A DNA stretch of 63,988 nucleotides, filler included, from Dimargaris cristalligena (Eukaryota): the NCBI GenBank assembly GCA_003614675.1. It is 3 parts of 3 records of this genome, joined end to end, with 100 filler letters (N's around TTAATTAATTAA, not from the genome) between each part and the next. Parts side by side here need not be neighbours in the genome. Positions count along the whole stretch, not along the records: positions 1 to 21,625 come from ML002658.1; 2 more parts are not named here. The stretch is one strand, 5' to 3'. The notes below the pieces were generated by a model. It had not been told where the DNA came from. It did no database searches and saw nothing but the letters and a program-made list of their open reading frames with translations. This document shows, piece after piece, positions 1-12,962 of the stretch. The position numbers and the translations under genes are program-made. The stretch's first letter is position 1. Each line of letters starts with the position of its first letter.

Positions 1-1030
1 GGAATTGGAGCGCTTGTGGGGTGGGGCATACCATGGCGGGGTTTACGGAGGTGTTCGCCGCGGTAGGCATGACGAGGGTCGGTTGGGACAGGTAGGGACC
101 ACTAGGCGGTTCGACAGGTGTGGCTGTGGCCAGGGTGGGTATCGCGGCGGCACTGTTAAGTCGTCGTCGCTGAGCGGGTCGGGATTCGTGCATCGCGGAT
201 GAACTTCGGTTAGCAAGTTGTTGATATATGAGATGTTGGGAGTATCCGCCGGCGGTTAGGCCGGGGTGAGGGGGGGCAGTTATAGGTTGGTAAGCCGGGA
301 TGGAGTGGGCATGGGGGTAGGTTGACGGCAAATGATCAGTTCTCGCGGGATGCAGCGGAAATGATGGACTGGCAAGTTGTATAGGTTGGCCAGAAACGTA
401 GGATTGGAGTCCCGAGTGCCCAGTGGAGGGGACAGGGGTCGATTGAAAGCTGGTTTTCATTTCCCCGCTGAACCCGTGCGAGGCAGGATTGACCGTACTC
501 GACGCGAGTTGGTGTCCGTAGCCTAAAGACATACCGGCGATTAGGGGCGAAGGATCCGACGACCGTGGACTGGTCTCCCCATGATGCCCGATAATATCGG
601 AGGACAAGGCCCGGGGATCCATTTGCTGAGTCGGAATGGTACCGATTCTCACCATAGCGGCAACTTCTGCTTCAACGCCCTGGAGAGCCTCGTTAGCCAA
701 GGCCGCCACTTGCTCCCGCCGGCTTTCGTCGAGATGGGCCAGGGGGTGATCCCTTAGAATGGGCCAGGTCCAGGTTTTCGTCTGGTCCCGCCGACACTTA
801 ATGTAGGCCAGCGACCGGGGGCGATTCACCGTGGCCACGTTGATAATATCCGGGTGGCGGTTATGGGGCGCACACTCGTCCCGAATGTGTTGGCACAGCC
901 CATTGATTTCGGGAATTTTGAGTTTATCGCCACGCTTCTTGTATTCAAACCGTTTATGGCACCAGCGGCAAATAGAAAATTGGCCGTTGGATTCGAATAG
1001 TTCGCGTAGGGGGTGGGAGGGGTTGACCAT
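1..1030 (-). CDS. BED-like zinc-finger protein, 3' end outside window (putative transcription factor or domesticated transposase domain)
   Basis: Manual translation from ATG at 1030 stays open to the window edge (343 codons), so it is absent from the ORF track. Starts MVNPSHPLRELFESNGQFSICRWCHKRFEYKKRGDKLKIPEINGLCQHIRDEC, a CxxC...HxxxC pattern, followed by a Pro/Ser/His-rich low-complexity region. Confidence 0.7.
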   Translation of the reverse strand, partial: MVNPSHPLRELFESNGQFSICRWCHKRFEYKKRGDKLKIPEINGLCQHIRDECAPHNRHPDIINVATVNRPRSLAYIKCRRDQTKTWTWPILRDHPLAHLDESRREQVAALANEALQGVEAEVAAMVRIGTIPTQQMDPRALSSDIIGHHGETSPRSSDPSPLIAGMSLGYGHQLASSTVNPASHGFSGEMKTSFQSTPVPSTGHSGLQSYVSGQPIQLASPSFPLHPARTDHLPSTYPHAHSIPAYQPITAPPHPGLTAGGYSQHLIYQQLANRSSSAMHESRPAQRRRLNSAAAIPTLATATPVEPPSGPYLSQPTLVMPTAANTSVNPAMVCPTPQALQF

Positions 1031-4000
1031 TACGGGTGACGTTGTTGATGGGGAATGGGCCTCCGAGTGAAATAAAAAAAAAGGGGTGGGTGATGGAATC
1101 ACCTAGACTGGAAAATCGAAAGTTTGGTGATGCAAAAGATGGAATAGATATGACTAGCGGGCGTATAATGCGATGGTTGAATGTGGGAAATGATAGAAGG
1201 TACAGTGCTGAATGATCCGTAAAAAAAACAGACTTAAAAATAGTGTACAGTGACAAATGGTTACAGATCTCTAGGGGTTTAAAAGAACCGGGGAAGGACC
1301 TATTCTACAGATCAATGTTGACCAAGATTGCATAAAAGTAAATGAAGTATGAGAATAGATAGGGTACCCGTGTGGTGAGCAAATCACTGGCAAGAACATA
1401 AAAGTGATTAAGATACTAGATTCAAAGATAAAGCCCAGGTATAGTGAAAGAGACTTGATGGAGATAGCGGAAGTATCAGGCTAAATTAGCGAATAGTGAT
1501 ATCTTACAAACCAAAAATGGAAGTTGGATGGGCCGGCAGCTAAAATGTTAATATGAAAGGTAAGGTTCATGCAGATCAGTAGAGAATAGGAGAAATCGCG
1601 ATACGTAGCTGCCCCGCTGTTGAAGGCGCACTCACACACTTACACGTACACACTTGCACGCAAGCACAAGCAGCTCCAGTGCGGTGAGACTGACAAATTA
1701 ATACGGGGCGGACTATATTGGACCACTCAATCCGGCTGGTCGTATTCGTTTCAGTTGAGCAGTGAAGAACAGGCTCTAATTGTTCACAATGAGTAGTCGG
1801 TAAAGGCTGTTGAGATGGGAATGGGAGTTTTAAAAGGGAGGAGCCAGAATTGAAAGGATTAAGCTCCAGGAATATATATATGTTTGTATATAGTTCGATC
1901 AAACGGGGTATTCGGTAGAAGAATGCGCAACCCTGTCAGATAGGCGTAATGGGAAGCAAGTTAACCGAAGACTGGAAAAATTGAAGAGCTGGGTATCCGG
2001 GAATTGACAAAAGCTGGTCAAAACGGGACTTGGTTGGTATCCGGGCAATTGAGGGAGTGGGCTTGGGTGTAGCAGTCGACGATGTTGGAAAGTTCAAGAT
2101 AGCGCCTACCGTAGCGCAATGCCGATTTTTTATGCAATGGTTCTACGGGTAGAATCCTTTGTTCAAAATCGATAGTGGTGAGTGGGTAGCTAAATAAAAA
2201 TATGATATGTATATATGTATAAACAAATACGACTATAGTAATAGGCACCAATGTAAAATATCAAAAATATGAGCCTGGGCGAGGTTTCGGTGAAGTGCGG
2301 CTCGTAAACAGCTAGTTTCTGGCATCAGGGGAGACGAAGTAGTAAGAATATAATGGCATGATATGACACCAAAGTGGATTATCCATCACAAGATATATAT
2401 ACGAAAAGTGATGGAGAAGAGCAAACTGCCGGACAGTGGCCAATGCTCAAGTAAAGCAGAAAGTGTGGAAGTACTATAGTACGCCCGGTTGAGAAAAAGT
2501 TACGGACGAGTGTGCGAAGGAGGTAAGGTCACCACTGCGAAGATGAAGGAGTAGGACGGAAGAAGGAAGAGAGAATAGAGAAAGAGCGAAAAAATTCAAG
2601 AAATGCGTGCATAAAATTAAAATAGGGAAAGTAAAAAGAGGGATATGACGATCGTAGCACTGGGGTACAAGTAAAGTTTGGCAAAGGGAATATCGCACAG
2701 GGCGGGACCACTACAAATACCCAATGAAAAGAGAATCCGAATAACTAGGTAATCCCATATTGAAGGGAAGGGCCTTCGATATATATATATATATACATAT
2801 ATATATTTGGATAGGTGGTTAGATGGGTATAAATAAATAGACTTAGATTTAGATTTCAATTAATGAAGGTGAGTGTACATCCACCAAAGAAGACCCTTAG
2901 GCGAAGTTATGCAACTCGGTCGTTCCCCAAGTGGCTCAGTTGGCAGTGCGGCTAAAAAGGAAAGGAGGGAATGGGAGGGTAGATTTAGTTCACACTGGAG
3001 GGTGACGCGCCCCGAATGATGAAAGTATCGACCGATGGGCATCCACTGCACTAGTCGATTGTGTACAATCGGCGGATGACTACATGGCCACCGGAGGCTG
3101 GTTAAGCGGAGGAATGAGCGAGAGGGGAGAAAACTATGGCACGGTCCGAAGTGGAAAACTAACATCCGTATTGATTGCTTGACAGATTATACTCACTCCC
3201 CTACAGTAAGCGGCGGGCTCTGTATTTAGGTCTGGTCAACAACAATCCACCGGTGTATAGTGGCGTAGATTAACGGCGTTATAAAAATGGCTATTACTAA
3301 ACGACAGTGCAACAGGGCTTTAGTCCACCTATACCGGTCGTAGCCATATTAAGAGCCCAAGGAAGAGGAGAGAGGTGACAATCCGAATGTCCCACTCACA
3401 AGGCGCGTCATCGAGGGATCGCCCCATGGGATTAAAGAGCACCAAGAAGGAGTGGCAGACTATCATGGACGAGCAACTCCCTGGAATGGTATCCCTCCCT
3501 ACCTCCCTGCCTAGATTGGCGGGGAATGTCCAAATATCTACAAATGGGATACGACTACGTTTAAGGGGTTTAAAGTATAGCACACTGTCCCCAACCACTC
3601 GCTGCGTGTAGTCATAGGTTGGATGGGGGTAAACCCCCTCCAATTGTATAGGTGGAACGGGGCTTTAAACCTCGCCTTGATCACCCAACCTCGGCCAGAA
3701 TTAATATAATAGCACCACCTGCTTTAATACTCTGACTTGCTGCAAATGCAAATGCTGAGAACCACGTCGATACTCACCCCGGGGAGGCTGTCCCCGTCAT
3801 TTATGCGGCAGGTATTATAGTTCACTTAAAAAAGAGGCCTACCGGTCATACATCGGGTTCATTCGGCTGAGAATAGAATAGTGGATGGCTTGAATCCCGG
3901 CAGAATTATCCACCTTCTCTCTTCACTATCACGTTTGCTTTGGCCTTGGCGGATGACAAAATAAAAGTCCCCGAGCCGACTGTTGAACCAAATAGGTGAA

Positions 4001-7000
4001 TTTGGGAAGCCTGCGTAATAAGAAAAGCGATGAAGGTTTAGTTTTTGGTGAAGGACGACTAAAGTAGGGGTATTAGTGTGAAGCACGTCTATTCATTTCC
4101 TAATCATAGCTCAGCGCGAGTATGAGTGCATAGGTGGTTTATACTGAAGGTCGGAGAATGCTCCAGTTCAGCACCGGTTCCACTAGATAGAGCCCGCACT
4201 GTCTCATTACATAGCCCGCCACGCTGAGTTGGATCATTGTTTGTCGGACTGCATCAGCGTGTTACCCACAACGGTCCGCGCGGCCCGCAGGGGTGTACCA
4301 AGTAGGGGACCGACCCGCATTCTCGGGCTCCCGGATCGGATAAATGGCAGTGAATTTCTGACCTAGACGTCGCCACCAAAAGTTGACACCCGATGTTGTT
4401 CTTGAAAGGTCTGACCACCTCTAAACATCTAGGGGCAGATATCACGGAAGTGCCACGGCAGCCGGGCACACTGAAAGTGGTTCCACCTACATCGAGCGCA
4501 GCCCGGCTCACTAATCATCACCCCCCTGACCCATTCACTCGGGAGTGGAAGGTCTCGATAATAACCATGCGAGTGGGCGTAGCTATGCAATAGCGAATGT
4601 AGGGGAAAGGGTGGCTACTGTTTTCACCCGTTTTAATAATGCAAGACTGTGACATCGGCAGTTCCTGGGAACGAATGGTTGTAATTGGTGGGTGCAAGGC
4701 GGAGGAACCAAACCTGTTTAGGCGAGTGGCAACAAGTTTTTTTGGCCATATCAACGGCCATTTCCGGAAGAGGGGGAGTGTAAATATTATCTGGGACCTC
4801 AAGCTTCGAGGGGCGAGCCACACCGGCCAGGAATAAAATGCCAAACGTACCGGATTTCTTTCACGATGTGCCGCTAATTGAAGGCGGGGGGCATACTCGA
4901 CTATCGAAATCTTCAAAATAAAAATATAATGTGCAGTACCTAACTCTTCTGCCCAGCTACTGGTGTTTCCCGTTGGCTAATCACATCTCTTTTTGGGTAT
5001 ACCATTTCTTGTTATTTATAAATACGGAGCCAGATTTGACTGGGAAAGAATCATCTATAGAAACACCTCACTATATGTGCCCGCCAAGATCGTCTTGGCC
5101 TCTACTTCTATTTCTATTTTTATTCTGAAGTGAACTTATTTAGCGATAAGCCCCATTTTGTGCTACTATGTGCTTCTCATTTGGATAGTCCACAGCAAGG
5201 GCAGTAACCCCGCAGCTTGGCGTAAATCAGGGTAGCTCATAGAGTGATGGACGGACTGTGGACAAACCCCCAATTATACACCGGAAAATATTGCCCCCGA
5301 TATCCCAAGATATTCCTTTCCTTTTATTGCATCTTTTTTACACCCAGTCGTGTCAGTTGATGCTACAGTAACATGTTTTCTAGGGTGTTTTTAAATGGGC
5401 ACGTTAGTCATAATGTCCCTTGTACTTGATAGTAAATATAATTCCCGTCTGGAAAGATAATCTTTGACCAAAACCATTAAAGACACAAGACTCAATAGCC
5501 ATCCATACAATACTTGACGATGCTGAATCCCGACCCGAATAATATTCTATCAATTGGTATATTTCCCGCCTCGCCACATTTTTTTTTTGCTGGAGCAATC
5601 CATACTCCCATATAACATTTAGGTTTATAAGTAAGCACTAGCAATCCAGTGATGTTCCATAAACATATTCCTATTTTGGTCTTCGACATTCGCGCCCATC
5701 CTCCCAACCTTGTGCTCGTTAACCCGATGTTCCCCACGACTTCTTCAAAGATGGCTGACCCTTGGATTGGCCCCCCGAGTTCCGTAAAGAAAAACCAAGC
5801 AATCTACCTAGACATTGCCCTCCCTTTGAGTGAAACAGTACGGAACATTGGGCCTATTGAGTGACATCGAAAGGGGCTTTTTCCCTAAGTCTTTTTTTCG
5901 GTAGATGATTTGCCCTTATCCCCAGTGCGCTTGACTGTGAATTATCCCAGAGTATATGGCAACCAGTGGGGATGGACTGTCCATCCCCGATAATGAGTAG
6001 GTCCCGATGCAAATCAGGCTGGAAGAAAAAGCGGCTGTGGGATTTTCGACAAAATTGAAAACCACTATTACGTATCTGGTTGGACAAGATGGTATTGTAG
6101 GTTAAATTGCCCAACGATGTAGCTGGGTCGATTTAACCAATTTGGTAATTTCGTTCTCACCCATTAGGTTAAAGTGACCCTCGGATAAGAGCATATCGCT
6201 TTCACCATCGGGGTTAGTGTTAACGGGTCCCCAATCAAGATGTACGCATTGGCAGGTACAGAAACCATTTATCATTGAAATGGGCAGGCCTATTATTTTC
6301 TTACATTATTCATAATATCCAGGTAGACAGCCGGGCTATAGAATAGCTACTGTTTAGCCTCTGCCCACGCGCAGACTTACCCAAGATGGCGACGCATTGG
6401 CCCATCAGTTATATTTTCCCGCATTACGTGGTCCAAGCCAACATTGAGATATAAATGGAAGTAATTGCTATCGACTATTGCCACTTAACCTATTAGAGCA
6501 GTTTGATAATCACCAATGTCTTAGGGGAGTGTGTAAAAGGGATGATCATCCGCTCAAATCATTGTCGAATATCCAATATTCGAATGGATACTCAATAGCT
6601 ATCATCAACTAAATCAAAGATTACTAAGATAACGTAATAATATCAAATTCCAGTATTTCTTGAGCGTAAACCACCTAATTATATCCACCCCCCCACACAC
6701 ACACTCGTAACCTAACGGTGTAGCCGTGGTCGATTGTTTGGCCAAGTTAGCACTACAGGACCAAGGCCCCCAGCTCACCTGGTGTGAGGCCAGTTTGTCG
6801 CTACATACTATCTACTATACAGTCCTCCCTTAATGGCCTTTAGTCGCTAGACCGACCATCTTATTAGGTATTATTACTCACCGACTATCCATTCCCATCT
6901 TGTAATACGTTCAGTAGTATCATCCCGATAAGTGCCGACAGGCTCTCATCCACAACCCTCCAGTAGGCGATTCTAGGGGGGGTGGCTTTCACTTTTAAAT

Positions 7001-10000
7001 TGAATAATAGGTCGGCTGCGAGTGCTACGCGGGCGGGGTGATATCAATGATGTATATTCAATTATTTATGCTCCAATTGCTGTTGTCAGATAACCTATAC
7101 TACTCACGTATGCGATTTTTTGAGTAAATTGGCTCACGTTTAAAAGATGCATATCGAGTAGAATGGTGGAGTTGCAGTCAGAAATCCAAAGTACTGGACC
7201 TGTTTATTTCAGTGAAATCAATTGCCAATAGTGATGATTCGTATGTATTTTCTAGTTTTTGGGCAGGTAGACATAGTTTGGTATAATGCTTCGCACTGTC
7301 TTTTCGAGATCTGCATAGGGCGATAGTACAGCTAGACGTTTCACGGCAGCTAACAGCTACACCATTGAGCGGTTGAAATTATATTTCCAAAATTACCAAT
7401 ACACTCTGCTCTGGGATGGTGAATGGTGTTGAGTTGGGCGGCCTACCCCTATCGGGCCGATTACCAATGTCCGTTTTTAAGCGGTTATAATATGATCGAA
7501 TGGAGAACAATCGACGCGTTTTCGTATTCTTTGCCGTCTTTTTTTTTGGCATCTGATAATAGTACATAGTCAGAAATCTAGAGAAGGTGTCGATAATTTT
7601 CATATTGACTTATAATTCTCCGACGCCTTTTTGGCTGCCCCAACGTAGTGATGATCTCGGCAAGTAGGATGTACCCGGTTGAGGTTACACCAAATCGAAC
7701 CTAGTCCCTTCACTACTAGTGTTCCGATAGGACTATTGACGACCACATGTCTGGTGGAGGCTGAACTGCTCATTGCCCTTCTAATGGGTACAATCCGCAC
7801 TTGTTGATAGGGCAACGAATATAAAGAACTGTGCAATATGGTAATTTTAGGTAATGGGAAGGGCCTAGCAGCTGCACTGCCACCTTCCGATAATACTTCG
7901 ATATTTGCTACATTCACTGCATCCCCTATATCTTTACTAGCAATAAAAAATCGACATGGACTGGCTCATGGCTGTAAGGGTGGATATTACAGCCAGCGTC
8001 GCGATGACTAATTAGCCATGGCAGGGAAAAGGGGCGGTAGTCGTACAGTGCCCACCACTGCACTACCTAAAGCGGTTCTAGCTGGGGGAAAGTACTAGCC
8101 GCCTGTGGCTGCCTTGGGTAGGACGGATGTTATCGGACTCGGTAGACAGAGTTTATCGGTGGGGGAAGAGTGGTGGCCGGGACGCATATTAGTAGCTGGT
8201 CTAATTGAATGTGCGGGCCATTATTGTATTGCTTTTTGAAGAAGAAGGGTGGACTGCTCTGGCCTGTTGCTCATCTTCCAATTATATCGAGCTTTGAGCA
8301 GCTGGTTCTAGCGAAGCACCCGTCTTACCTCTTTTCCCGACGACTCGTTACTCTGCCTACGACAGACTACGAGCGCAAAGTACGAAAGCTAGGACCAACA
8401 ACACACTCCTAATTGGCCAAAAGACACCAGATGGCTGGCTTTCAACACTAGTTGATCCATAGGCCCATACTGAAAAAGTATTCGTAAAGGCGAATAATGG
8501 AAGTATGTGCATTATTATAGGTTTAACCAGTGTTTTCCATGTCCACATGTTTGGGGTTTCCAAATTGGAGGCGGCGGCGTCTGGTTATGGTTACATCATT
8601 TAAGAGAACAGTCACTTGAGAAATGGGGTGGAGGGCAACGAGTAGACCTATGTTTCCAATAGCGCTCATATTTATAAGTGCACTGAGGGCCCACCTTGAT
8701 TGTAGTGAGACAAGGTTAGGTATATTATGTTTTAAATTTGCCTGGGAATAGCCTGAAATATCACCTCTCACATCCCCCCTCCCTCTCCCCCCTTTGTTTA
8801 GTTTACGAAAGTTTGGTCTATTCATAGCGGGAGGTCTGTTGCTAACAGAATATTGAGTAAATCTGCCTGACTGTATTGGTATCCTACCAATTCCCTGGGT
8901 TTATAAGATTATGTGTTGGTCTGGAACTGTCAACGGAGGGATGCCATTGCAGGAAAACTTCATTGTTATCCCTTTTACTGTTCAGTAACATACTATGGGG
9001 GAGCTCTGCCCACTTTGCCATTCCTGCTGGTCAGAATAAAACACCCACGGATTGGCCGGAGAAGTCTGGTCAGGGGGCCAGTATTTTCATACGGTATTGA
9101 CTCTCCATCTGACACCATTTGTTACAGCTTTCCTTGATACAAGGGCAGGCCGTATCAAAAAGGCAGTGCTGGATAGATTCCAGTTATGACCGCCCGCCCC
9201 GTCCCCTGAATGTATGGCTCACTCAACGCTTCCAGTCTCTTTAGACGTTTCAATGAGCAACACGACAATTGGGGCTTATCACCATCTTCCTTCCTATATG
9301 AACACCCCCTTCCCCACGCCAATGATCATGTAGGGTATTTTATTGCACCTAATTACTTACTGCATTGTTACCGGTAAAGTCGATTGACTAAAAGAATTCG
9401 AACACCTTATTCTTGAGCATAGAAGGGGCGCTCTACGATTGACAAGACTGGTCTAAATTTGGACCACATTAACCGATACGAAATATATCCTCCAGTGGGA
9501 AATGGTTCTACACCTAGGAGCTTTCGCAATCAGCTGACAAGAATATCACACCCTCGATTGCTTTTTCTTTGCTTCCGAATCTTGGTTGGGGCCTGCTCTT
9601 GCCTCCCTCTACCTATATTGGTGGTGGTGGTGGACTTCCCCCGATATAATCTCAATTCCCAGTCACTTCGGACCTGTGTTAGTTGTACACACCTAGCCCC
9701 CCTTACCCATACCCTCCCCACCCCAGATTTTTAAGGCCTAAACGGGCCACAAGTCTCTCTTCCATATATCCAATAGGTATTCTAGGCGACTTGGTTCTAC
9801 AGGTCTCGAGAGTAGTTGGATTAGATCTTGGGGCCTAGTGCATCTCAGCAAAAGGTTTCGGGGGACTATTATTTGACTTGGAAACTAATACTAGACATCA
9901 AGTATGGGATATTCTCCCCGGTTAAACCTTTCTAAAGGGTATTACGTCTGTATGTCGGCTGGCCAATCCCCCTCTACCTTCGTCTGCTGCACATGCGAGG

Positions 10001-12962
10001 GGAGAGGGGGATGACTTCTCCACAGGGAGGCGGTTGTGCAGCCCGTTGGAGGCTGCCCCATTTGGATCCCCTATCTATTGGTATAATTCCGCTACCATTG
10101 TGTATCAGAAATCCGGAGGTAAGACCCTGCGTCCCGGTGGGGCGCATCTGATCGTATAGTTCCGTGTGGTATTAAGGAAGTGGTGTTATTTACTCTTAGC
10201 AGGGTCTACATGCCCTAATTTGGGGGGGGGGGGTGAAGAAGGAGTTCCGGAGGGAAGGGTGCATAGGGGGTTGTAACGATAGTCTCCACGCACAACAGCC
10301 CCGATCTTTTTTTAATATAGTAGAAATAACATTTGACAGTGGTGATTGGATACATTGACCATGTCGGTCCATCCCTTCTGCCCCAAGGGCGACTGAGCCT
10401 CGAAATTCCACGCGGTAGAAACTACTAATGTGCTTATGGTCGATAACCGCCGTGGCTTCGATGAAGGCGTAAATGAATAGCACACTGAACCCACGCTCTC
10501 TTTCGCGACTCGTGCAATAAAAGGGACCAGTAGCCAGACGAACCACTTTTCTATACAGTTATTTACTACCCTCGACTACCTAAATAGCCCTAGCGGCCCA
10601 TATGAATTTCCACACCCCATCCCGAGCTGCCGCAGGCATCCGTAGCTAAAAGGCCGGAAAATAGGCGTGGGCTCTGCTCTCATTTGTCTAGATCAATGAT
10701 TCGCTTTAGGATGGAGTTGATGGAAAGGAGGGGGGGAGTCATCAAACCATAGTCACACCCTCCCCCCTTCCCTAGGAACCAGTTGAGGATTGGTTATTAT
10801 CATTTGTGATAGCGTCCCGAGGTGCCCTTCTCGCCCCCTTTTATCACTCGACACTCGCACCAGCGACTTCGTGTTCATTTCTAGGGTCGCACAGTCGTTT
10901 GGGCTTGGTGCATAGTACTCCTCCCGCCCTCCTCCTCCACCCATTCTCTCGCCCAACCCCACCCTCTAATCTCCGACAGTGCCATATGTTGATTTTTCTA
11001 TAGTAGGTGCTTGGGTTGACTTCTTCCGCTCCCCTTTACCATAGGCACTTTAGTCTACCACCCCTCTCCCTAGGCATCGTTTGGTTTGGGGGGAGAGCGA
11101 CGGGATGGTAACATTACCATTCATACCTATCATTTGCCTTTGGGCTCATCCGATGTTACACACATCCAACCACACCCACATATAGGCGCCCAACCCATTA
11201 GCAGTTTTCATTTAAAATCGGCTACTTGTATATATTACCATCGCCAGTAAGAATTGGTATTTTTCCTTCGCCCAACTCCCTCATTATTTTGATAATAGAT
11301 CCATGGTAAAGAATGCAAGGAAAATAGGGACGTACCGGCCTGGGTCGTATAGCTCATCTATTGGGGCCAATAGTGAAATGTTTCGAACTCACCTTGGTGT
11401 GCACGACCTTATCTCACGGGGCCGCCCTCAATCTACTCCCCCGTCTTCACCAGCACCACCACGGCAAGCCACTCTCGGGACACCGCGACCCAACTTCCCG
11501 TTTCCCTCCATTTGGCTTCAACCGACCCGCGGGAGTGCTGTGGTATCCAGCCAAATTGCCCCCATACATACCTGTACTAAGCCAGCGCCCCTGATATATA
11601 TATCCTGGTTCACCCACCCACCCTTCTTTTCCCCCACTTCTCCCTTCCCCTGCCCATTACAGAAGGCTAGTGTCGATTGTTTTCCGGTTCTCGGCTGTTT
11701 TTTGGTAGTTTCAGTCATTCCATTTTTTTAACGCTTCTTTAATCTAATTAGCACCCATTGATATTTTTCACCCATTCCGCACATCACTTGTCTTTTTGGT
11801 AATTCCTAATCGACCTAATCGCCCGTAATTATCTGAGCGTTCCTCTGGTTTTATAAATTCATTTTTTGCACTATCCCAAATTTGGCCAACCATTGCTCCT
11901 TCTCCCACCTTATCACTCCTCCCCTTGGTTAATCGAGCCACTCCATCCGCATCCCATCGCCCCTGGTGTTTTGAGTGCCCCTTGACCACCCCCGCCCACC
12001 TATAGACGTTCGACCCCCACATGTGAGTTTTATAGTCTGGATCCCTCGGATTCAACTGGTAGTTTGGCTTCCCCGGCTTCACACCCACTTCTGAATTTTC
12101 CTCCAGTGTATATAGAGGCTCCTGTTTGAGCTACTCTTAAATCGGCTTTCTCCAACCCCCCCCCTCTTCACGGCAATTACAATGAATCCATTTGCTTTAC
12201 ACTAGGACAGTTTCATCTCAGCCCTCCAATAGGCATATTTTTTCTACCCGGCCATAGCTTTTTAGCGGTCCATGACTGCCAATTACCACTTCGTAGTCTC
12301 ATTAATACCGCTTGGCTACAGGTGCCACATCGATTCCTACCACTCATACCCGTTACCTGTTGCCACTCCACCTACCAATGGCCGAAGCTGCTCTTCTTTT
12401 CCTCGTGTCCCTTATTCCTATTTGCAGTTTTTTTTTTCAACACCCTCCACCTTTTGCTTGAAGCCTTAGTTTCTTTCCAACCTGGCCTCCGATTAAAAAT
12501 ATATTGCCGGTTGGTAAGTATTCCAGCCGCATTCGCTTCGCACGCATGCTACCCAGTATTTCTTGATTTTCTTTGACTAGCGTTACTTTTATTTTACCAA
12601 AGTCAGCCAATTTCTACGATCTTTAAAATTTATTTGGCCACCCCGCACTTTATTTGTTTCCTCCGCCACCCTGAGATTTATTCCCTCAGTGAACCTATTC
12701 CATATCGATATAGGCCCTTTACCCCTTGCTTAAACTAAAAACGATTGCCGAAAACCGAGGACTGTTATACACTACCCGCTACCATGATCTAACCATTTTT
12801 TCAATCACTACATCCTTCGCCCCCCCTGAATCCCCTCCGCCTCCATTTGCTACAATAGATCGACCGCCCGCTATTAAAGCAGTCTCACCATTGCCCTCCT
12901 TTTTATCGGCCATATATTTACCCGGTGGTTTTTTAAAATTCGTATTTTCCTAATCTAACCTC

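Noticed and set aside
3375..4916. Short ORFs and GC-rich patches in the gene-free interval
   Set aside because: No recognisable motifs, splice structure or RNA-family signature by eye.
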